From positions 4,588,001 to 4,652,000 of the forward strand of contig JBLDXI010000009.1 in assembly GCA_047495785.1 (NCBI GenBank): a stretch of 64,000 nucleotides of DNA, read 5' to 3'. The notes beneath the pieces are model-generated. The model searched no databases. It was not told where the DNA came from and was given only the letters and a program-made list of their open reading frames with translations. The position numbers and the translations under genes are program-made. Positions 10,838-21,037 of the stretch are shown here, piece by piece. Each line of letters starts with the position of its first letter. Position 1 is the first letter of the stretch. This DNA is from Lepidodermella squamata. Taxonomy: Eukaryota > Animalia > Gastrotricha.

Positions 10838-13448
10838 TCAAGTCTGCCCTGCGGCCATGTTGCAGATATTGTCTCGCGCGTCCAGGTAAATCAGCGGCAG
10901 GAACAGAAAACCAGGAATAACTGCCGCCAACGTTGCACATACGGCAAAGGTTATAACGTCAATCTTATACGCCAATTCCTTCCAAAGACGAGAGTTCCTT
11001 GCTCTGAAACCGAGACTCAACTTCGATGGGACCCCTCGATTGCGTCTCGGCATCCATTTCGGTTGCGCGTTACTCTTCGAAAATTGTTGCGATAGGCCGG
11101 AATGTTCGAGCACTAGCAGTCGGTGTTCAGATATTCTCTCTGAGTCGCGAACACTTAGACCGACGGGCGCTGGACTGGAGCCGAAAAGAGTTCGCAAGGA
11201 TCTTTCACGACGCCGCCGAAAGTAGCTTGCGAACTTGAAACCAGCATTACGAGGCCTTTGGCCGCTATATCGAGCCGCTCGAACTTGATCAAGTGTATCG
11301 CCTGAAACCACGCCCGAGCCTAGGACAGCTCTTTCGTAGGCTGCAGTACCGAGACGTTGCCTAGCCACAGCGCAAGTGTAAGATAAGCGGCGAGGTAGCT
11401 CGGCCCCACTACTCGTTCGAGGAGACTGGACCTAAATAATGTTAATCGAAGTTAATATTTTTTAAAATTCATGAATTCATGGAAGAATTGAATAGTTTTC
11501 AGTATTCTCTGAATACGACTGAAATTCCCTGACATTTGTATATTTTTCGACCGATCAGAAGAAGGTATGACTTCGACTAAACCATATCGACTAACTTTCA
11601 TTATCATCACGTCAAGACTCACCTGGTTACCTCCCGAGCGACGCTGTGCTTGGTAAAACTGGTTCTCAGCATGAATAGCTTCAGCAAGGGGTGAGACTGG
11701 CGAATCGAGCAGAACACTTCGAGTCTTTTGATTGGCGTAGCATACAGCAGTCGGTCGTCGAAGTGCAATCGGTGGCGAATCAGGCGCCCGCCGACCAACC
11801 GGTTCCTCGGTATCACTCGAGTGGCGAGGCGGCCCATCGCCGCTGCTGTCTTCCCGATCGAGATTTAGCACGTCTTCGTTCGCATCTTGATCGGGCATCT
11901 CACGCCACACGATGGGGATGGGGCGCATCAAACGCACTAAAAAGCGAGGGGGCGGGAGGCGTTGCGTCGTTAGCAACCGCTCTACAGCAACAGATTCGAA
12001 TATTCCAACAGCAGACAGCACGATCAGCGCGATGATGTACTTAGACAATGCCGTAACCGCGTCAGATGTTTTCGGCTACGACAAAACGGATATTCGTTCT
12101 ACTGGAAATTTGTTTCATTTTCACACTCACCATTTCCTCTGTTACAATAGTTTGAAACACGACCAAGGTCAGCAAATTAGTTGTACCGAACCCAATACGA
12201 TCTGCAGTTGTGTCTTGGGACGAAATAATGAACACTGACATTTGAATCATCGATAGCGTGGCACATGGGAAGATCAAGTTAATGATGTAAAACGTCGACT
12301 TTCGCTTCACGGAAATGTCGAAGCGCAATCGCGTGAACGTCTCATTCGTGAAATACGTGTGGTCGTAAGTCTATTTGACAGAAAAATCACGTTTTTAAAA
12401 CCAATGCACCAGTAATAAGCCTGCTGATGACGCAGGTTGAAAGGTGCAAGCGGCGAGTTCACTTACCGTAGCCTTCCACTGGCAAATTGTCCACAATTGC
12501 GAGACGAAAGATGTATCAAGCTGAAAGAAGAAAGTAAAAACGAAGTCTTTCCCAAGGCTTCTTGAAGAAAACTCACCAGCAACTCACTGGTCCCATCAAA
12601 TGTCATTGACGAACTATCAAGCGACCATGATTCGAATTCCAGTGAACATTTTTGGTAGTCGAAAGGAAACGTCACCAGTTTCAAATCACACCATGTTCGA
12701 GCCGTGCCCGTCGGAACATACTTGAGGGAGCCATCACTCGAAACTCGAACATTGAACCGATTGTCCCTTGTAATTGAGTACAAATGATCCGCGGAATTCG
12801 TCATCTGAGAGAAAAATCAGATGTTAATAACTAACATGAGTTAAAGAGTCAAATTACCGCAATATCAGGCAGGCCAACTTGATCAGGGTCAAGGGATAGG
12901 TACGTTATGTTAGCGTACTGTTTCGGGTCCCATTGTAACCTTTTATCCTGCCATTCGATGAAAAGGGCAATGACCGACTCGAAAATGCCCTCCTTTTCCA
13001 CTGTCGATTTGACCTTGATCAATAACACATCCATATGAACAATCAACGGCTTGACAATCTGCGCAGCTTTGTGGTAGTTTGAGAACAGCCTCCTAATCAA
13101 AGCCGTTGAAATGCCACTATGAGCTATCGTTGCGTTGTAATCAGACGCATTTCTCAAAGCGGATGCTTTTGAACTGACCGAGGGGTCTGATGCAGCTAAT
13201 GGAGTCTCCTCGGTCATCATTAGATCGTCCTCATAAAACTGGTTAGGCACGGGACGCTCGCCCAAAATCAGCCCGTTGGAAAGAGACGACGACGCGGACG
13301 CGGAGTTGCCGAAGTTAGTCTGGCGGCTCGAGTCAGGGCCCTTGAATGAGTTTGAAGAAGCTGCTGAAGGGACCAGGCCTGCTCTTAACATGCATTCGAC
13401 GCTCACCATTGGCAGCAGAAAAATTATTATAGATAGGTTTATCGCCAT
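10838..13448 (-). CDS. Cys-loop ligand-gated ion channel subunit (nAChR/5-HT3-like, non-alpha)
   Basis: Six exons: 13448-12858, 12804-12577, 12520-12467, 12370-12131, 12075-11623, 11431-10838. Features are a signal peptide, WQDKRLQW, Cys-loop CDLKLVTFPFDYQKC, M1 FYIINLIFP, M2 DRIGFGTTNLLTLVVF, PKTSD and M4 WKELAYKID. Confidence 0.92.
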
Positions 13449-14386
13449 TTCAGCGGAATATACCTATCGTTAAAACTTTGAATTGCTATCGTTGAAAAAT
13501 ATGTCTTATTTCGTTTTACTTATCGACTTATACTTGCGGAGTTGAGTTTGTTGCGCGAATGCGTGCATGCGCGGTGGCTAATCAGTGATCGGCTTGGGCG
13601 TGCTAATTAGCCGCAAGTGGGGTTCGCATATTGCGCGTAGTTAAATTTGAATAAAAATAACAGCTATAATGATAATAATCAAATATCGCTAGTTTAGCGT
13701 CCAACTGAGTCTTAGTGTATTCCCACTGGTCTATTTTAGTAAGTAAGAACGGATACATCAGTGAGAAATGAATATGAGAACCAATCAGCAGTCCTGAATT
13801 TAGGCTTAATTGACTGATCGATACTCGAAGCGATAATGGTAGAGTTGTTTCTGGAATGCGCCGCAACGTTTTTGTTTACGCACTACCTGAATCGTATCGC
13901 AATCTGAGGCAATAACTCAATTGCCGATAACCAGCAGACACATGGAGCTGATCATATGTGCGTAATCCGTACTCACGAGCGTCCCACATTTTTTTAGAAG
14001 ACGCTAAAAATAAATCCGTTCATTTTTTGTAATCGAAAAATGCAATCCGCCCGGATTTTGTCTGCATTTAATGAATGACTTCCAGGCTCTTCAGTCAACG
14101 CGTAATTTATTGCTAGCGGCATGAAATCTATATTCATCTTGAACAGCACTTCGCTTTACATTCGCCAAGCGCCAGAATGAAAGTTATATATATATAGACT
14201 GGATAAAGAGATAAAATCCGAACGTCCGTTGAATGTGTCCAGGCCAGCCATTGCAATTTTATTATTAGCAGGAATGAAACTATGACTCTGACGAGGAATT
14301 TTTGTGTTTCATCAGATATCATCTGCTGTGGAATCGTAGAATATTCGCTCTTCGATTGTCTCATATACTTTTTCACAACGCCGTAA

Positions 14387-15299
14387 TAGAGGAGGGAGCC
14401 CTAATTTCGGCCACTTCCTAAATTCGGCCGCCGGCCGAAATTTGGACACGAAGTGCTGTGCAGCAGTTTTATTTGCACGCAATTCAAGAAATTTGCATTG
14501 TTGAGCCCATCTGTTTCATGATTTTTCAAGCACGTGATCGCAAAAAAATAATTCTAAATGCGAGCGCGAGCGGGCTTATGTCGCTTCTCGAGTGCTCTGT
14601 TACCGCTACTTTACAGGTATAATTGACCTGAAACTGGCTCCTTAAAATGTACTGCTTTCACCTCAATAATTACCAGCTAAACGCCAGCTTCATTTTGGTG
14701 TAAAATATTCCATCTAAAACCGCCCAGGTGAAGAGATTCAGAGGGCTAATTTTAGGGTTTTTGAGGGTTCGATTCCAAAGATTAGCAGTCACTAGGGGAA
14801 TTGAATTCGGGAAAACAAAATCGATACTCTCGTTCTACAGGAGACAAGGGATTTTTTAGATATTTTTCCAGAATTTTAGAAAGTCAACCGCAGTTAGGCT
14901 ATAGGTAGAAAACAAGTTATCAAACTTGTACCTGTCAAAACAAGTTTGAGTTTCAGGCATCACGTCGTCAAGGAAAAGCTCACAGGTGAAGCAACTAAGG
15001 CGGTTTTTATAGCCAGCTTTTTGAGACGAATCTAACGATACCAAACTTAAGGCATTAGTGTACCTGGATGAGGTGGCCGAAATTAGGGCACCCCGCTCCC
15101 TAATTCCGGCCGGGTGTCTGGGTGACTAAAAAATTAGCCATAAATCAAGGAAAAATCGTCCGGACTTGCGGAAAGCGGCATTCGATACCCTAAGAACTCG
15201 TCTTTTATTTTGCTTCTGCCGAATATTTTCTAAAAATTCACCTGGATGGCAAAGTAGGAAAAACCTGAAAAGCGGCCGAAATTAGGGCGGGGTGCTCTA
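14387..15299. mobile_element. Non-autonomous TIR DNA transposon (Tc1/pogo-like)
   Basis: TIRs tagag..gccctaatttcggcc and ggccgaaattagggc..ctcta, with internal copies of the same motif at about 15076-15110. Confidence 0.65.
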
Positions 15300-15805
15300 A
15301 TCAAACGGGAAAAATTAAAAATTAAAAACACACCATAGAGAAAAAAAATTTTCTCTATGAAACACACATTTGTTAATCCCAGATTACAAGCGATAACATA
15401 CTTCGATATCATTAACCACATCTTATGCTTCCCCCGCCTCTCAGCGGAAATCCCCGCATTTGGGCCGCAGAAAGCAGTAGCCTCAAAAAATCACGTGTGC
15501 TATATCATGTTGCCTCACGTATTCGCTTTTTATTGTCGCTGGTGTCATGTAACAGAGCAGTCGTCTCGTCCGTTTATGAGGCAATTTACCTAAGCTTATA
15601 TCCAATATCTCATAAGCTTATCCAATCGTTTTCCGGTGGCTGAGAAAAAAATGGGTTGGACGTCACTTACTGAAAATATCACAAACTTAGCTCACTCAAT
15701 CGCAAAATCAATTTCTCCCTAGGCCACCAAAAGAACATAGAATTTTCGCGCGCGCTAAATTCTTAACTGATCGATTTTTTCATTTTTCACGCACGAAATT
15801 CAAGT

Positions 15806-16005
15806 ACAGTGTGGTCTGATACTACTGCAGGGAGCGAAGTTCATTCGTCTTTTTAATGAGGAGTTTGGAAAAATTGAAGAATTTGAAGAGTTGTTTCCAT
15901 GGAAAAGATCGATGTCGCAATTCATGAAACTCTTCAATATTTCCAAGCTTCTTATTAAATAGATGAATGAACTTCGCTCTCTGCAGTAGTTTCAGACCAA
16001 ACTGT
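15806..16005. mobile_element. Hairpin MITE, Tc1/mariner-like
   Basis: About 40-bp TIRs cagtgtggtctgatactactgcagggagcgaagttcattc and gaatgaacttcgctctctgcagtagtttcagaccaaactg, flanked by TA. Confidence 0.75.
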
Positions 16006-17561
16006 ATACTCATACTACGACTTATATCACCTTGAATTCTCATATTTTGCCAGAGACCATTCAAGCCGAGTTGGTCTGTTGACTGCTCATTATTCTCAAT
16101 ATACAAGATTTAATTCATTTGAGTATACTCATGTTCTATAAACAAAGTAGCTGCCGGCCTTGGAAGGTTAAAAGTGTTTGCTTATGAACAAGACTGATTT
16201 TCGTCGGAAAAGATTGCAATTATTAGGGTAAAGTGACTTAATTTTGCAAAAAACTGGTCACAGATTTTTGAAGCCATCGATATCGAAGGCCCTCGGTCAT
16301 AGAGAGCTCTTCTTTTGCCAGTAGGTGCCTTGGGTATTGAACTAAATAGCCCCAAAAGGAAATTTTCAAAAAGCTCACATTGTGGCGCTACACCTGTCGC
16401 AAACAATCGCGCCACCGCTTTTGTAATTAAGGGCAATTGCCCCAATTATGCAACGCATTTCGACTTTTCGTCCTAAACTGTAAACGTGGTCAAATTTCAG
16501 CCAATTTTTCTGGAATCAAAAAGTTTATGGTCAAACAAAGGCCGCAGAATACGTTGGTCATGTTTAAAATCATTGCTTGTTAGTAACAAACTGGTTAGCA
16601 GAATATCCGATTTGTAAATCTGAGTGAAACTGGAAGCACGAATGCCCTCATAATTACAGAGAGCTTAAAATGTTTAGCGTCTGCGCGCTTTCCGAATGTT
16701 CCTACTTCCGACTAAACAGAATTCGAGGTCTGAATTTGCCATATCTCAGTCATATTTCAGGTCGAATATGAAAGGAAAGAAATAAGTCGCAAGAAGACAG
16801 CATTAACAAGCAGTAAGGTATCAGATCAATGTTACCCTCTGATCCAACCTCTAGCAAGCAGCGGAAATACGCAATAAAAACACGAATAACGAAATAACGA
16901 GACGCATTTTCCGGTTATGCACTGTGTGGCGGTGCGGTCATGTGGTCGCGAAAGTTTGAAAAAAATTAGCCATAAAACCACTTGATGATTCATCTGGGTC
17001 ACTATGCACAACCCGGACCACAAAGTGGCTTCCTGCGATTTTGGAATGGTTAGGTTGATATTAATCATGTTAATGATTAATGATTAATGTCATGCTAAGA
17101 AGTTTGCCGTGTCACACCGCGAACCGCGTGGGAAAATGATGAAATGAAAGTAGGGCAGCAACGGGCCAACGTCAGCGGAAATATTTCTCTCCAATCAAGG
17201 GCACACTTTCTCTAATATTTTGGAAATCTGCCCGAATTTCCAGTCACCTGAAAAATAGAGACATTTCAATGCTGTTAATTAGGCACGCTCGCAAGAGAAT
17301 TTCCCGACTCCCAGCGCTCGCTCAGCAACATTCATCCCCAACTGTGTGTCGTGAGACAATTCGAAAGAATGCCATTGCGCAATATCATTAGTCTGGAGAG
17401 TGCGAGACGCAAAAAATAATTGCTACAAACGTGGAAAATTAGCGAATGAACCGGCGATAAAAACACAGCCTAATTGAAGTCACGCGACATCATGATGGTC
17501 TGAATGGTGCAGAATTTTCGTATAAAAACCTGCAAATTATGTTATTCTCATTTTTCAAAAA

Positions 17562-20081
17562 ATGATTTTCTTCGTACTCATCCTTGCATTCGTTTCTCTA
17601 AGCCACGGTCAGGTCGTCGTTACGACATCTAATAACTTGCAAGATCAGCCTAGAATATCTATACCAGTGCTGATTCCTATCTCCAGCAGCCAACAACGAG
17701 ATGGCAAGCTATGTCGAGCCGCGATGGAGTACGTGATGACGAAGATAAACAACGAAATGGATGACATATTGCCGAACTACAACGTCGAAGCGAGAATCGT
17801 GGACGAAGGCAACGGCGCCCCGGCAATTCAAACTATATCGAACTATGGCAGGAACGTTCTCAGGATCCGAAATGCCACAATGAAAGAAGTATTCCCATCT
17901 CCTGTTTTCGTTGGACCGATATCTGGAGCTGGATGCCAACGGGTCGCTGCATTCGCCCATCATTACGACTTGACTGGTGTCACATTTGGATGTACTCAAC
18001 TGTCTATTACTGGAAACAGGCGAGTTTATCCGAATATGTATCGAATACGAATTCCACAGGAGTTGGTAAGCTTCCCGAGGCTCAAATTCATCACAGAAAT
18101 AGGCAACTGGTCTCAAATCGCCATTATCGTGAATGCGTCCAGCCCTTCAGATTTCGAGCTATCCGCCCAGTTTCAAAGGGACAGCCGGAAAGCTGGCGTG
18201 AAGGTTGCATGGTATAATGCTGCCCTTTTCTTAGACGAAACTCTACTCCAAAGCCTGAAAGACAGCGAATCTCGAATAATTGTCCTGGGAATGACTTCAA
18301 TTGACAACACTCTCATGTTCTTCTGCGAAGCTTTCCGATTTGGAATAACTGGGTCCAAGTATATTTTCATCGCTGTGATCAGCGCCTATTCGAATCCTTA
18401 CGTTCTACCAGAGACAATTTACGACGGATGCTCGCGAGATACTGTAATCGAGCAGCTGAAGTACACTTATTGGATCGGGTCTTTATTCTCCGGCTTGGCA
18501 AGTGAGAATAAGGCCATTTCGAAACTTGGGATCAACATGACACAGTTCGATGCAGAGTTCGCTCAAAATATGACGATAACCGCGGATTATGAAAGGCGTC
18601 ATTCTTGTGCAGACGCGATGCTCCAAGCCGTCCTAACTCTTGACGAGTCGGAAAAGAACCTGAACAAAATCGGTCTCACCCTCAGTCAATTCGTCGAGAA
18701 TTCGGCAGAAATCATGAGAATCGTGAACGAGACTGCCTCGAAAATGGAGTACTCTGGCTTCCGCATTGGTTTGCAGAAATACTCGGAGCGACTTGAGGTC
18801 GACTATGAGCCGCAATATGTAGCCTACTGGTCTCCCGAGAGATCGTTCCATGCGACTCATCGAATTGTAAGAACTCGTTACGCTCCACTAGATGATATTC
18901 GCAGCTACAAAATGGAGCAAATTGTGAAGCCAAAGTGGAAAACAACGAATAAACAGCCACCAAGGGACGAACCCCCAGCGCTGAGGTACATCGAAGATTT
19001 CATACCGATCGAGGGCTTCGGCGTGATTGTCGCGATGGTATGCTTTCTGAGCCCGATTCAGATCCAGCTTATCATCCAAATGTTTTGGTCGTGCAATAAT
19101 TTGAAATTCAAAGCTCTACTCCCTATCAGCAGAGTCATTTTTCTCATAAGCTGCCTCAGTCTTAATACTTCTGCTGTACTGTTCGCCTCAACTCATTTCC
19201 CTGTGGTGAGGCAGCTTGGAATCTGTTATTCCAAGTTCGTTCTAGCTGCGTTCGGCATAACAGGTTGCATGGCGTTCCTTCTCGGAAAACTCGGCATTGC
19301 CTACAAGCGATTTCACAAAGATGCCGTGAAAATGGCAAAGCAAAAGAAGCAAATAAACCCGCCGACTGTAGCCGTCAAAAAGGCAGCAACGGCACCGATG
19401 AGGGCGGCTATCAACCGAAAAATAATCCAAATCAACGCGCGGATCAGCCGTGGCAGTAGCCAGTGGAGTAAGACCAAAAAGCAAGAAATGATGGTTTCAT
19501 CGATCGTCCTAGCTTTTATACTAGCTGATGTCATCTTTCTAATTTCTTGGTTCAAGATTGACATTGTTCAAATTGTATTCCGCCTGGTATCTCAGGATAT
19601 GACCTACGATGAAACTGCGGATAATTACTTCAAACACGTTATAAGAATTTGCTTCTCAGAAAGTGACAGCGAATGGCTGGTCGGCCTCGGGGCCATTGAT
19701 CTATTTATCAGCGGGGCTGGAATGTTTTTGGCCTACACTTTGAAGGTAGTCGCCTCTCAATTTCGAAGCGAAAATTATGGCGATTTACAATTTGTTAGAA
19801 TTTCCATGCTTATCAGCTCTACAATCCTATTTGTCGGAGCTTTTCTTATTGGTGTGATGCCAATCGATGGATTGTCGAAAAGTATGATTGCATCTTTCTC
19901 CCTTCTAATTATGTCAGGTTCCGTTACATTAATATTATTCTACAATGTCATTGTGTGGAATGTTCAGTTTCTATTCATGGTAGTGACAAGGCCGTTTAGA
20001 CCCTCTGAGCATTCGATTAGCAGTTTTACGCAAAGTCCACTACCCGTGTCATACCATGCAACGGAGCCTCCTCGAAATTGA
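17562..20081 (+). CDS. GABA-B-like class C GPCR (Venus flytrap + 7TM), intronless
   Basis: Signal peptide, INN..DILPNY motif, YPNMYR, WSQIAII and SRIIVL. Seven hydrophobic segments and no cysteine-rich domain. TATA at 17521. Confidence 0.88.
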   Translation: MIFFVLILAFVSLSHGQVVVTTSNNLQDQPRISIPVLIPISSSQQRDGKLCRAAMEYVMTKINNEMDDILPNYNVEARIVDEGNGAPAIQTISNYGRNVLRIRNATMKEVFPSPVFVGPISGAGCQRVAAFAHHYDLTGVTFGCTQLSITGNRRVYPNMYRIRIPQELVSFPRLKFITEIGNWSQIAIIVNASSPSDFELSAQFQRDSRKAGVKVAWYNAALFLDETLLQSLKDSESRIIVLGMTSIDNTLMFFCEAFRFGITGSKYIFIAVISAYSNPYVLPETIYDGCSRDTVIEQLKYTYWIGSLFSGLASENKAISKLGINMTQFDAEFAQNMTITADYERRHSCADAMLQAVLTLDESEKNLNKIGLTLSQFVENSAEIMRIVNETASKMEYSGFRIGLQKYSERLEVDYEPQYVAYWSPERSFHATHRIVRTRYAPLDDIRSYKMEQIVKPKWKTTNKQPPRDEPPALRYIEDFIPIEGFGVIVAMVCFLSPIQIQLIIQMFWSCNNLKFKALLPISRVIFLISCLSLNTSAVLFASTHFPVVRQLGICYSKFVLAAFGITGCMAFLLGKLGIAYKRFHKDAVKMAKQKKQINPPTVAVKKAATAPMRAAINRKIIQINARISRGSSQWSKTKKQEMMVSSIVLAFILADVIFLISWFKIDIVQIVFRLVSQDMTYDETADNYFKHVIRICFSESDSEWLVGLGAIDLFISGAGMFLAYTLKVVASQFRSENYGDLQFVRISMLISSTILFVGAFLIGVMPIDGLSKSMIASFSLLIMSGSVTLILFYNVIVWNVQFLFMVVTRPFRPSEHSISSFTQSPLPVSYHATEPPRN

Positions 20082-20178
20082 ACATCAAAACATTAACTTG
20101 CTTTTATTGAATGAAAATGTAAATTATATCAAATTGTAAAAATAAATAGGAATCATGTGAAGTTATGCAAGTCTTTGT

Positions 20179-20730
20179 TCACTCAACTTTTACCACTGGC
20201 CTGATTTTAACTGCTGATTTTGTCTGCTTCTTTGCAGCTTGTGATTTCCATAGCGACAGGTCTGAATCAGCTGGCATGGCAGTGATTTTCTCTACGGCTT
20301 GTTTAGCCTGCTTAGCTTTCCTTCTCTGCCTCACGTTCGCAGCTTGATTAGCCTGCTGGTCGGTTTTGATTGGCAATTCGATTGGACGTTGGATGCTTTT
20401 CAACGCTGGAATGGCTGGCTTTGATTCACCAGACGTTTTCGCAGCTAATTTCTTTCCGCCTTGCTGACCAAACGTAACTTTCTTGCCATTAGGGGATTCC
20501 TCTTTAGATTCTGACATCGGTCGAGGTTTGTTGCTGTGAGACTTTGACAGCATCAGAGGGACGCATGATGTTGGCGATGGCGTCATAACCTTCCGGCTAA
20601 TCGTCTTAACATCATCGAGATAGTCATCCGCCGTCAAGTTCCAAATGAGGCCGCAGATGAAGGCGACGAGAAAAACGATAGCAAGAGCAACCGCAACTGT
20701 GTTGATGATGAAGTCTACGTCGAGTGTCAT
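20179..20730 (-). CDS. Small single-pass membrane protein with basic low-complexity tail, function unknown
   Basis: 183-aa ATG ORF with one N-terminal TM segment (IINTVAVALAIVFLVAFICGLIW) and a Lys/Ala/Gln-rich C-terminus. Confidence 0.65.
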   Translation of the reverse strand: MTLDVDFIINTVAVALAIVFLVAFICGLIWNLTADDYLDDVKTISRKVMTPSPTSCVPLMLSKSHSNKPRPMSESKEESPNGKKVTFGQQGGKKLAAKTSGESKPAIPALKSIQRPIELPIKTDQQANQAANVRQRRKAKQAKQAVEKITAMPADSDLSLWKSQAAKKQTKSAVKIRPVVKVE

Positions 20731-21037
20731 TTTTTACTTTGCTTCAAGAAAATAGTTTTGTAAGGTTTGCTTGAAGGCAAACGTGGGGCCTTTGTTTTAT
20801 GCAGGGTTCCATGGTGACGTAGCGCTGCGCCGCTCGACGCTTCGATCGCCTTGCCACTAGCACCAACAATTCGTCACGTTTTGAATCAGGCGATGCTAAA
20901 TTATTCATACAATTTTCTTGTTAGAAGTGTATAGTCGCTAATAGAATTTCGGAGAAAACATCGCACCGGCGAATTTTATCGAGCAGGCTTAGAAGAAATG
21001 TCTCGAAGCAACAGGTATTTTTAATGCGAATTAAGTA

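Noticed and set aside
12040-12075. Apparent frameshift between M2 and M3 of the Cys-loop gene
   Set aside because: It is resolved by the 12130-12076 intron, giving in-frame EEM|PKTSDAVTALSKY.
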